From: Flavobacteriales bacterium
Lineage (GTDB): Bacteria; Bacteroidota; Bacteroidia; Flavobacteriales_C; GCA-002722245
Direction of reading: 5' to 3'
DNA: 64,000 nt
NCBI GenBank assembly: GCA_046074525.1
Contig: JBJTOK010000038.1
Coordinates: 128,305 to 192,304, forward strand
The notes below the pieces were generated by a model that saw nothing but the letters and a program-made list of their open reading frames with translations, was not told the DNA's origin and ran no database searches. The translations under genes and the position numbers were made by a program. This document shows, one piece after another, positions 37,870 through 46,676 of this stretch (positions are counted from its first letter, which is position 1; each line of letters begins with the position of its first letter).

Positions 37870-38616
37870 TCATCTTGTTAAACAATAGCATAAAATTGCT
37901 CCTGCCAACGCTACATTAAGGGATTCAGTGTGCGATCCTTCGGCACGCGGAATGCTTATTTTTTTTGTGATGAGTCGGGAAATCCCAGGTCGTATGCCCT
38001 CAGATTCATTCCCCAGCACCAAGGCTCCTTTGCCACTGAAACGAAATCCGGAAACAGCTTCTCCATCCATAAAAGCCCCCATAAGGTGAAAGTCGGCAGG
38101 AAGTTTTTCAAACAGCTGTTCAATACTGGTATACAGCACGTTGACACGGGCAAGAGAGCCCATGGACGATTGAACCACCTTGGAGTTAAAGATATCTACA
38201 CAATCTTCTGAGCAAAAAATGTTTTTGATGCCAAACCAATCAGCAGTTCGGATGATGGTCCCCATATTCCCAGGATCACGAACACCGTCCAATACCAATG
38301 AAAAAGAATTTTGCCAATCGATCCCCTTCTTTTCTTCAGGAAGCGCAAACACACCAATAATACCTGGAGCAGCACTCAGCGAAGAGAGCTTCTTCATGTC
38401 TTTTTCAGAAACCAAAAGTACTTGTTCAGCAGGGTAGAAAGTAATATCGGCATTGTCTTCAATCACCAGCACGTCTATTACTTTAAATCCTGAGCGAATG
38501 AACTCCTCTACTCCCTTTCGCCCCTCTACTACAAATTCATTGTGCAGCTTCCGGTATTTCTTCTGCTGAAGGGAAGCATACCGGGAAAGCTTGTTCTTTG
38601 AAATGAGAGATAACAT
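37870..38616 (-). CDS. TrmH/SpoU-family RNA 2'-O-methyltransferase
   Basis: SPOUT motifs (LVLDGVRDPGNMGTIIRTADWFG; LVLGNESEG; SLNVALAGAILCY). Confidence 0.8.
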   Translation of the reverse strand: MLSLISKNKLSRYASLQQKKYRKLHNEFVVEGRKGVEEFIRSGFKVIDVLVIEDNADITFYPAEQVLLVSEKDMKKLSSLSAAPGIIGVFALPEEKKGIDWQNSFSLVLDGVRDPGNMGTIIRTADWFGIKNIFCSEDCVDIFNSKVVQSSMGSLARVNVLYTSIEQLFEKLPADFHLMGAFMDGEAVSGFRFSGKGALVLGNESEGIRPGISRLITKKISIPRAEGSHTESLNVALAGAILCYCLTR

Positions 38617-38669
38617 AAGGTTTATTAAGTTCGGCTAAAATTAGCTTATTTTGAGGAAGAATTATTTCA

Positions 38670-40985
38670 TTGGTTAAAAGAAAAACATATCTCTTTACAT
38701 CGACATTAGCGATTATGCTTTTGTTGTTTGCATGCAAATCAACACACTATGTTCCTGATGATAAATATCTCCTCAGCAAAAATGAAGTGAAAATTAAGGG
38801 CGATCATTCCTTTGATGATGAGGAATTGAAAATGTACATCAAGCAAAAGCCGAACAATACTATTCTATTTGGTTCCTGGAAATTCTACCTCACTGCCTAC
38901 AATTTTCTCAACAGGGAAAAAGATGCAAAGGAAGAATACCTGAAAGAAAAGCACGGATTGTTCACTCGTGTAAGATTGAAATCCAAGGAAGCTATTGGTG
39001 AAGAGCCTGTTATTCTGGACACCACAAAGATCATATACTCTACCAAGCAAATGCGAACTTATCTGCAGAATAAAGGATATTACCACTCCAATATCAATTA
39101 TGAGATCCATTATTCAAAAAGGAAAAAGGCAAAGGTCCTCTATCACATTACGCTCAATGATCCATTCATTATCAATGATATAAAAGCAAAATCTGCAGAT
39201 CCCTTTATCCTCTCTTCCTATTACCAGTTTGCAGAAAGCGCCCCACTACAAAAAGGGAATTTGTTTGATGCAGGCACATTGAATACTGAAAGATTAAGGC
39301 TCACCGAACTATACCAGAACGAAGGACTTTTTGATTTTAATGAGTACTTCATCCATTTTCAGGTGGATACTACAATAGGTAATAACAAAGTTAACATCAC
39401 CCTTCTTATTGACAATCCGGTGATTCGGAACAACGACGATTCTGCGGTGGTGGCCAATCACAAAAGATATACAATAAGGGATATTTATGTGCAAACCGAC
39501 TTCAACCCTGCCAATCCTAATTTACCTCAAACCGACTCTATTCTTGTGGAGGACATGTACACTTTTATATACAGAGATACTTTACATTACAAACCTACTC
39601 CTCTTATTAAGGCCATTTATTTCAAAAGGGGCGACTTTTATAAAATCAAAAATCACAACCGTACTTATTCCCAATTGACCGAACTGGGAATATTCAACTT
39701 TATAAAAATCGACTACAAGAGAATAAACAATGACACCAATCCGCAGATGGATGTCACCATAAAGCTGAGCGCCAAGAAAAAACACTCTATTAGCTTTGAA
39801 GGACAGGCTACCTTCAGGGAAGGTTTTGGTGGTGGCGGTATTATAGTATTTAAGACCAAAAATCCTTTTAAGGGACTGGAACAAATAGAAATCAATCTTC
39901 GTGGTTTTGCCGAATCGGTGAAGAATACAGCTACCAACGACAGGATCATTGGTACCGATATCGGTCCGCAAATTTCAATGAGAATCCCTAGTCTGCTTTT
40001 CTTTCCTAAACTTTCAAAGAGCCTTTGGTCGGAAGCTTATCCCAAGACCATTTTATCTACTTACTTCAACTACCAAAACCGTCAGGAATACCGTCGCTGG
40101 ATTTATTCTTTCAGCAATACTTACCAGATGAATGAAGCTGCATGGAAAACACATAAATTATCTATTCCCGAAATTACCCTTTCCTATATCGACAAAAACT
40201 CTGCTATCCTTGATAGCTTAAGCACTTTGAGTCCCCGACTCGCTTTCTCCTTCCAGAATTATCTTAACACCGGGGTGAAGTACTCATATATATTCAATGG
40301 TCAGCTGAAAAGACAAAAGCACCCATCCATTCTCATGACCAATATTAATGTTACCGGCTTGCTGGGATCGCTTCTGAATTATACAGGAATTTTTGAAACC
40401 GATGAATCTGGTGCGCAGTTAGTGGGCGGGATACGTTACTCTAAATTTGTAAAAGTCGATGGTGACTATCGCAAATACATCAGCATGCGCAACAAAGAGG
40501 AACAACTGGTATTGCGCTCTTTTGTTGGTTTCGCGGTGCCTTTTGGGAAAGGTGATATTGCTGTGCCTTTCGATAAATTATTTTATAGCGGTGGAGCTAA
40601 CGGCATAAGGGGCTGGAAAGTGAGAACGCTTGGTCCGGGCTCCTCTCGGGATTCAAACAATACGGCTATCGATAAACTCGGTGAAATCAAGCTGGAGCTC
40701 AATGCCGAATACCGTTTCAGAATCAATGATATGATAAAGATGGCTGTGTTTACTGATGCCGGTAACGTATGGCGACTGGCCGACACCGATGAAAAAGCCG
40801 TGTTTCGCACGAACCGGTTTTACAAGGAAATAGCAGTAGCAGCAGGTGTTGGTGTACGTTTCGACTTAAGCTTCCTTGTTGCCAGACTGGACGTAGGCTG
40901 GCCGATACACCAACCTTACCAGAACACGTGGCAATTCCCTATAAATGAAGCTGAATTTAACATTGGTATAGGATATCCTTTCTAA
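38670..40985 (+). CDS. Omp85-family (BamA/TamA-like) outer-membrane protein with lipoprotein signal
   Basis: Lipoprotein signal MVKRKTYLFTSTLAIMLLLFAC; C-terminal beta-barrel with Omp85 L6-like motif (ANGIRGW) and terminal ...GIGYPF. TTG start as in track. Confidence 0.65.
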   Translation: MVKRKTYLFTSTLAIMLLLFACKSTHYVPDDKYLLSKNEVKIKGDHSFDDEELKMYIKQKPNNTILFGSWKFYLTAYNFLNREKDAKEEYLKEKHGLFTRVRLKSKEAIGEEPVILDTTKIIYSTKQMRTYLQNKGYYHSNINYEIHYSKRKKAKVLYHITLNDPFIINDIKAKSADPFILSSYYQFAESAPLQKGNLFDAGTLNTERLRLTELYQNEGLFDFNEYFIHFQVDTTIGNNKVNITLLIDNPVIRNNDDSAVVANHKRYTIRDIYVQTDFNPANPNLPQTDSILVEDMYTFIYRDTLHYKPTPLIKAIYFKRGDFYKIKNHNRTYSQLTELGIFNFIKIDYKRINNDTNPQMDVTIKLSAKKKHSISFEGQATFREGFGGGGIIVFKTKNPFKGLEQIEINLRGFAESVKNTATNDRIIGTDIGPQISMRIPSLLFFPKLSKSLWSEAYPKTILSTYFNYQNRQEYRRWIYSFSNTYQMNEAAWKTHKLSIPEITLSYIDKNSAILDSLSTLSPRLAFSFQNYLNTGVKYSYIFNGQLKRQKHPSILMTNINVTGLLGSLLNYTGIFETDESGAQLVGGIRYSKFVKVDGDYRKYISMRNKEEQLVLRSFVGFAVPFGKGDIAVPFDKLFYSGGANGIRGWKVRTLGPGSSRDSNNTAIDKLGEIKLELNAEYRFRINDMIKMAVFTDAGNVWRLADTDEKAVFRTNRFYKEIAVAAGVGVRFDLSFLVARLDVGWPIHQPYQNTWQFPINEAEFNIGIGYPF

Positions 40986-41045
40986 GCCTCGTCTTTTTAA
41001 AGTCTTTTTATTACATTTGGGCCGCTTATAAAATTATTGTAAAGA

Positions 41046-41891
41046 ATGGGATGGTTTAAAAGGAATAAAGAGGGAATTAAAACACCAACTCAGGCCAAGA
41101 AAGAAACCCCTGAAGGCTTATGGTACCAATGTCCGAAATGCGGAAAGGTTGTAGCTTCAGAAGATCATAAAGAGACCTTATGGGTTTGCGAAGGCTGTAA
41201 TCACCACGAAAGAATCAATGCCAAAGAATACTTTCACGTATTGTTTGATGGCGATAAATACACTGAAATTGCTGCTAATATCCTGTCGGGGGATCCACTG
41301 AAATTCGTGGATACTAAGAAATACACCGACAGACTTCAGGATTCCATCAAAAAAACAGGTTTGAACGATGCTGCTTCTGCTGCCTATGGTAAGATTGAAG
41401 GTATCGATGCTGTAGTTGTAGCAATGAACTTTAACTTCATTGGTGGTTCAATGGGATCGGTAGTAGGAGAAAAAATCTCAAGAGCTATTGACCATTGTCT
41501 GAAGCACAAGAAACCATTGATCATCATCTCCAAATCAGGAGGAGCAAGAATGATGGAAGCGGCTTTCTCTTTGATGCAAATGGCAAAAACCTCTGCAAAG
41601 CTTACCCTCCTCGCAAAAGAAAAAATTCCATATATCTCTTTAATGACCGACCCTACCACCGGTGGGGTTACTGCCTCTTTCGCTATGCTGGGTGATGTAA
41701 ATATTGCTGAGCCGGGCGCATTGATCGGTTTTGCCGGTCCGCGTGTAGTAAAAGAAACCATTAAAAAGGATTTGCCTAAAGGATTCCAAACTGCGGAGTT
41801 TGTTTTGGATCAGGGCTTCCTGGATTTCATTGTAGAACGAAAAAAATTAAAAGCAAAAATTGCGCAAACCATAAGGTTATTTCTTAATTAA
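41046..41891 (+). CDS. accD: Acetyl-CoA carboxylase carboxyltransferase subunit beta
   Basis: N-terminal Zn-ribbon CPKCGKV...CEGCNHH and crotonase-fold CT domain. Confidence 0.92.
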   Translation: MGWFKRNKEGIKTPTQAKKETPEGLWYQCPKCGKVVASEDHKETLWVCEGCNHHERINAKEYFHVLFDGDKYTEIAANILSGDPLKFVDTKKYTDRLQDSIKKTGLNDAASAAYGKIEGIDAVVVAMNFNFIGGSMGSVVGEKISRAIDHCLKHKKPLIIISKSGGARMMEAAFSLMQMAKTSAKLTLLAKEKIPYISLMTDPTTGGVTASFAMLGDVNIAEPGALIGFAGPRVVKETIKKDLPKGFQTAEFVLDQGFLDFIVERKKLKAKIAQTIRLFLN

Positions 41892-41907
41892 TTAATCCCC
41901 TAGAAAA

Positions 41908-42984
41908 ATGAGCGAAACAGCTACACAAATCAAGCCGGGCGTAATCACCGGAAAAGGCGTTCAACAAGTCTTTGAACTGGCTAAAGCCAAAAAATTTGCA
42001 CTTCCAGCCGTAAACGTTACGGGTACCAATACAATGAATGCCGTGATGGAAACTGCTGTTGCAGTAAATGCACCGGCGATTATCCAATTCTCTAACGGAG
42101 GGGCTGTCTTCAACGCCGGTAAAGGCTTGAAAAACGACGGTCAGCGCGCGGCTATTGCAGGTGCTGTATCTGGTGCTCACCATGTATGGGAAATGGCTGA
42201 ACTCTACGGAGCCAGAATCATTCTTCATACCGACCATTGCGCAAAAAACCTTTTGCCATGGATGGACGGAATGCTGACTGCCGGCGAAAAATTCTTCAAG
42301 GCAAACGGAGTACCTCTGTTTTCTTCTCATATGATCGACCTTTCTGAGGAACCTTTGCACGAGAATATTGAAATCTGCAAAAAGTATCTGGAGAGAATGG
42401 CGAAAATGGGAATGACCCTCGAAATTGAATTAGGTGTAACTGGTGGTGAGGAAGATGGCGTTGACAACTCTGATGTTGATAGCTCTAAACTTTACACTCA
42501 GCCTGAAGAAGTAGCTTATGCTTACGAAGAATTGAAAAAAGTGAGCGACAACTTTACTGTTGCTGCTGCCTTCGGTAACGTACACGGTGTTTACAAACCA
42601 GGCAACGTGAAGCTGACTCCGAAAATCCTTGATAACTCACAAAAATACATCGAGAAAAAATACAATACTGGAGCTAACCCGGTTAACTTCGTATTCCACG
42701 GTGGTTCCGGCTCTTCAGTTGAGGAAATCCGTGAAGCTATTTCTTACGGTGCTATCAAGATGAACATCGACACCGACTTGCAATGGGCGTTCTGGGAAGG
42801 AATCAAAAACTTCTACGAAGGCAAAAAAGGATACCTGCAAGGACAAATCGGTAACCCTGAAGGTGAAGATGCTCCAAACAAGAAATACTATGACCCACGT
42901 GTTTGGATGCGTAAGGCTGAGGAATCTTTCAAAGCAAGATTGACTCAATCTTTCCAGGACCTGAACAACGTAAACACGCTGTAA
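41908..42984 (+). CDS. fba: Fructose-bisphosphate aldolase, class II
   Basis: Class II FBA motifs (ILHTDHC, HGGSGS). Confidence 0.92.
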   Translation: MSETATQIKPGVITGKGVQQVFELAKAKKFALPAVNVTGTNTMNAVMETAVAVNAPAIIQFSNGGAVFNAGKGLKNDGQRAAIAGAVSGAHHVWEMAELYGARIILHTDHCAKNLLPWMDGMLTAGEKFFKANGVPLFSSHMIDLSEEPLHENIEICKKYLERMAKMGMTLEIELGVTGGEEDGVDNSDVDSSKLYTQPEEVAYAYEELKKVSDNFTVAAAFGNVHGVYKPGNVKLTPKILDNSQKYIEKKYNTGANPVNFVFHGGSGSSVEEIREAISYGAIKMNIDTDLQWAFWEGIKNFYEGKKGYLQGQIGNPEGEDAPNKKYYDPRVWMRKAEESFKARLTQSFQDLNNVNTL

Positions 42985-43003
42985 CAATAGTTGAAATACA
43001 ACA

Positions 43004-43033
43004 AAAAGACTGCCTTTCGGGGCAGTCTTTTTT
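43004..43033. terminator. Bidirectional intrinsic terminator between fba (+) and the 105-aa gene (-)
   Basis: aaaaaGACTGCCtttcgGGGCAGTCtttttt; A-run upstream and T-run downstream. Confidence 0.75.
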
Positions 43034-43035
43034 GT

Positions 43036-43353
43036 TTACGGCAACTTGCTTACAGTATCCGTTTTCATGGTATCCAACATAAACTCTTCTGGCTCGGGCA
43101 TCCCGCGACCAAAATCCTTGTAATCAAATTTCACTTTACTTACTTTTTTCTTTTCCTGCTTCATTTCTTGTTTCTTCACTTCCTCCTTCCTTTCCGGAGT
43201 TTTTTTCTCTTCTTCCTTTTTTACAACAGTGCTTTTAACAGGTGCTTTCTTTTCACCTTCTCCGCCACCTCCACCCCTGTTAGGAAAAAGGAAGGCTGCA
43301 CTCATAAGAATGATAGTAAAGGAGAGTCCGGTAATAATCATTAATCTATTCAT
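43036..43353 (-). CDS. Small membrane-anchored Lys/Glu-rich protein (105 aa)
   Basis: N-terminal TM helix, Gly5 linker, highly charged KE-rich low-complexity region; ATG forms ATGA overlap with upstream DUF2306 gene stop. The overlapping + ORF 42991..43344 is F/L low-complexity and judged antisense noise. Confidence 0.45.
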   Translation of the reverse strand: MNRLMIITGLSFTIILMSAAFLFPNRGGGGGEGEKKAPVKSTVVKKEEEKKTPERKEEVKKQEMKQEKKKVSKVKFDYKDFGRGMPEPEEFMLDTMKTDTVSKLP

Positions 43354-44027
43354 ACGCTTTTGATTTTAGTGATGGATTTATTGGTTTTGAACAAAGTTTT
43401 TAAATCGTTCTTTTTGATGAGCATAATTTCTACCAGTAACAGATTCACCAGCAGACTCAGCCAGACAGAGAGAATATAATTGTAATGGTATTCCACTTCC
43501 AGAGAATAAAAAACAAGATGAAGTATCCTAAAAGTAATAGCGCTGGAAACTACGGCATAACTCCTGCTCATCCATTCGATATGTCCCTGCAGATTATTTT
43601 TCTTCATGGCTATCCAACCCAGGTAAGTGGAGAATGAAAGACAAAGTCCGGTAACAAAAAAACCCAGTATACTCCACAATCCTTCTTTTGCGAAAAAGGA
43701 CAAATATATCCCGCTTGGCGCAACAAGGTAAAGAGCGAGATAAACATAAATCTTACCAATGACTACATGCATCCTGGGAGAAAACTTCAACATTCTGCGA
43801 GAGAAATTCACCATTGGAATCACTAGCAATAAGATACCTGAAGAAATATGTAGATAGAACATCGGAAGCCACAACACATTTTTGATCGCTTCGGTCTTTT
43901 CCGATAGAAAACCCCGACTTGTGTCAAAATGGAAGAATTCCATGGTATTCATTACCAGCAAAGTGGAAAAAAACACAATGGGAATCCATAGTAGTAGCTT
44001 GCCGGTATATCTCAGTACAGTCATCAT
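43350..44027 (-). CDS. DUF2306-like multi-pass membrane protein
   Basis: About 6 predicted TM helices, pattern resembling DUF2306 family; translationally coupled to downstream KE-rich gene. Confidence 0.45.
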   Translation of the reverse strand: MMTVLRYTGKLLLWIPIVFFSTLLVMNTMEFFHFDTSRGFLSEKTEAIKNVLWLPMFYLHISSGILLLVIPMVNFSRRMLKFSPRMHVVIGKIYVYLALYLVAPSGIYLSFFAKEGLWSILGFFVTGLCLSFSTYLGWIAMKKNNLQGHIEWMSRSYAVVSSAITFRILHLVFYSLEVEYHYNYILSVWLSLLVNLLLVEIMLIKKNDLKTLFKTNKSITKIKSV

Positions 44028-44131
44028 TTGATAAATGTACTTCGCGGGGGAAATGAATTAAATAAGGAATGAGTAAACGGGAACTATGATTTAGCAAGCG
44101 CTGCTTTTGGGTGAGTATACGTTTGGACAAT

Positions 44132-44161
44132 AAAAAACCCCCGGGGTGTCCGGGGGTTTTT
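44132..44161. terminator. Palindromic bidirectional terminator downstream of csp
   Basis: aaaaaaCCCCCGGggtgtCCGGGGGtttttaaaa: perfect 7-bp GC stem flanked by A6 and T5. Confidence 0.8.
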
Positions 44162-44181
44162 AAAATTAGAGAGCCTTTCGG

Positions 44182-44373
44182 TTATGCTAACTTAACGTTT
44201 ACAGCATTTGGACCTTTTTTGCCATCCTGAACTTCGAAAGTCACGTTATCATTATCACGGATTTTGTCTTTCAATCCTGATACGTGAACAAAAACTTCTT
44301 GTCCAGTTCCTGCTACTTTGATAAATCCAAAACCTTTAGTTTCGTTAAAAAATTTTACTACTCCGTTTTCCAT
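44182..44373 (-). CDS. cspA: Cold-shock protein (CspA family)
   Basis: RNP1/RNP2 motifs (VKFFNETKGFGFI; VFVHVSGL), 63 aa. Confidence 0.92.
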   Translation of the reverse strand: MENGVVKFFNETKGFGFIKVAGTGQEVFVHVSGLKDKIRDNDNVTFEVQDGKKGPNAVNVKLA

Positions 44374-44540
44374 TGTTGATAATTATTAATTGTTATTATG
44401 GAGCTAAATTAGTCATTTTCAGGCAAAAATGAAATATTTCTAATTTTTAATTTTCCTGATTGTTAATTACTCGACTACTTTTTGCCTCCCGTCTATGCCT
44501 TTTGCCTATAATTATTATCTTAGCAAGCTCAATAAAAACA

Positions 44541-45500
44541 ATGGCTTCGTACTTAATTACCGGTTGTGCCGGCTTTATAGGTTCCCATCTCGCAGAAAAG
44601 CTTCTTGAACAAGGAAACATTGTGCTTGGAATTGACAACTTTGATACTTTTTACTCCAGAAGTATAAAAGAAACAAATCTGTCGGGAGCAATGAAAAATC
44701 CCAACTTCACTTTTATTGAACTCGACCTCAAAAATGCGGAGGCACTGAGTGAAATTTCGCAGCAAATTGATGTGGTTATTCATCTTGCTGCAAAGGCCGG
44801 TGTTTTGCCTTCACTTAAGGACCCTGTAGCCTATCTCAATGATAATGTAATAGCCACTCAAAATCTGCTGAATTACTGCAAGGAAAAAGGAGTCAATAAA
44901 TTTGTCTTTGCTTCCTCCTCATCAATATATGGAAATAACAAAAGCATTCCTTTTAATGAAACGGATATCGTGGATTTCCCCATTTCTACCTATGCCGCTT
45001 CCAAAAAGGCATGTGAGCTACTGAATTATACTGCTCATCACCTCTATAAAATTGATGTCATCAACCTTAGGTTTTTTACCGTTTTCGGTCCAAGACAACG
45101 TCCCGACCTAGCCATTCATAAGTTCATTAAACTGATTGACGAGGATAAGGAAATCGCTATGTACGGCAATGGTTCTACCGGTCGCGATTATACTTTTGTT
45201 TACGATACCGTTCAGGGGATCATAGGGGCCAGTGAGTATATCCAGAAAAACTCTTCTGTTTTTGAGACTGTAAACCTCGGAAATAACCAACCTGTAAAGC
45301 TATCGCTCCTTATTCAAACCATTGAAAAAGTGATGGGTAAAAAGGCAAAAATCAAACAGATGCCTATGCAGCCGGGAGACGTGGATATTACCTTCGCTAA
45401 TATTGAAAAAGCTAAAAAATTGTTTGGCTATGCGCCTGCCACTTCCCTGGAAGATGGACTCACCAGCTTTGTAAAATGGTACAATGAGCAAAAAGCCTAA
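44541..45500 (+). CDS. NAD-dependent nucleotide-sugar epimerase/dehydratase (SDR extended family)
   Basis: GxxGxxG (TGCAGFIGSHL), catalytic YxxxK (YAASKKA). True start ATG 44541 (MASYLITG...); track ORF starts further upstream at 44460. Confidence 0.8.
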   Translation: MASYLITGCAGFIGSHLAEKLLEQGNIVLGIDNFDTFYSRSIKETNLSGAMKNPNFTFIELDLKNAEALSEISQQIDVVIHLAAKAGVLPSLKDPVAYLNDNVIATQNLLNYCKEKGVNKFVFASSSSIYGNNKSIPFNETDIVDFPISTYAASKKACELLNYTAHHLYKIDVINLRFFTVFGPRQRPDLAIHKFIKLIDEDKEIAMYGNGSTGRDYTFVYDTVQGIIGASEYIQKNSSVFETVNLGNNQPVKLSLLIQTIEKVMGKKAKIKQMPMQPGDVDITFANIEKAKKLFGYAPATSLEDGLTSFVKWYNEQKA

Positions 45501-46674
45501 GATACTTTACCTTTCTTACGACGGATTGACTGACCCTCTGGGACAATCGCAAATACTGGCTTATCTCTCGAGAATCAACAGGGAACACAATATCAGTATT
45601 ACCATTATCAGTTTTGATAAACCCGACATCTTTGAAAAGAATGAGAAAAGGGTGCGTGAAATCCTCAGCACTACTACCATTCAGTGGCATCCGCTAACCT
45701 ATCATAAATCTCCGCCTGTATTGTCCACAGTGGGCGATTTGAGACGAGGGTGGAAAAAGATAAAGGATCTATACAAAAAAGAACATTTTGATATCGTTCA
45801 TTGCCGGGGATACATATCAGCTTTACTCGGACAAAAGGCAAAAAAGAAATTCGGATCAAAATTCATTTTTGATATGCGTGGCTGGTGGCCTGATGAGAAG
45901 CTGGAAAGCGGACTCTGGGGCAATCCTGTTTTCAGGCCCGTTTATAAATACTTCAAAGAAAAGGAAATGCAGTTTTTTACCGAATCCGACATAACGGTTT
46001 CCCTTACCTACGCAGGAAAAAAAGAGATTACAGAGATCTTCCGTCAGTCCGAAAGTAAAGTAGGTGTTATTCCTACCTGTGTGGACTTTGATGTGTTTAA
46101 GCCTTTCAGCGAGAATATCCGAAGGGAAGCACGCAACAAGCTAGGCATTCCCGAAAATGCCTTCGTTGTTATTTATAGCGGGTCTATTGGTGCCAATTAC
46201 CCGCCAAAAGATATCCTGAAGATTTACCAATCAGTAAAATGTAACCAGGAAAAGCATCTTCTTATTCTTTCAAGAGAACCGGAATCGCTGATTAAAGACG
46301 CCGCAGAGGAATTGGGTATTAAAGAAAAAATACATTTCGCTTCTGCCAACTATAGTGATGTGCACAAATTTTTACAGGCTTCCGATTTAGGCATTATCCT
46401 TTATAAAATGGCTTTTTCCACTATAGGTCGTAGTCCGACCAAACTAGGAGAATATTGGGCCTGTGGCATTCCTGCCATTGCACTAAAAGACATTGGTGAC
46501 CTCAATTTCATCCACGAAAAGTTTAATGGTGAGGGATTGGTTCTTACCGACAGTAACTTTAAGGAAACTTTGGCACCGCAAGTCAATAAGAACTTGCTGA
46601 GAAAAAATGCACAAACATATTTTGATATTAACTCAGGAGTGGTGTTTTACAAAAATCTTTATCTCTCCCTTTAA
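45484..46674 (+). CDS. Glycosyltransferase family 4 (GT-B)
   Basis: GT4/GT1 C-terminal domain pattern incl. EYWACGIPAIA...; overlaps epimerase end by 17 nt. Confidence 0.7.
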   Translation: MSKKPKILYLSYDGLTDPLGQSQILAYLSRINREHNISITIISFDKPDIFEKNEKRVREILSTTTIQWHPLTYHKSPPVLSTVGDLRRGWKKIKDLYKKEHFDIVHCRGYISALLGQKAKKKFGSKFIFDMRGWWPDEKLESGLWGNPVFRPVYKYFKEKEMQFFTESDITVSLTYAGKKEITEIFRQSESKVGVIPTCVDFDVFKPFSENIRREARNKLGIPENAFVVIYSGSIGANYPPKDILKIYQSVKCNQEKHLLILSREPESLIKDAAEELGIKEKIHFASANYSDVHKFLQASDLGIILYKMAFSTIGRSPTKLGEYWACGIPAIALKDIGDLNFIHEKFNGEGLVLTDSNFKETLAPQVNKNLLRKNAQTYFDINSGVVFYKNLYLSL

Positions 46675-46676
46675 AA

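Noticed and set aside
42991-43344. 117-aa + strand ORF rich in F/L (FLFLLHFLFLHFLLPF...)
   Set aside because: Mirror of the KE-rich low-complexity gene on the minus strand (AAG/GAA codons read as CTT/TTC); periodic low complexity, not a real protein.
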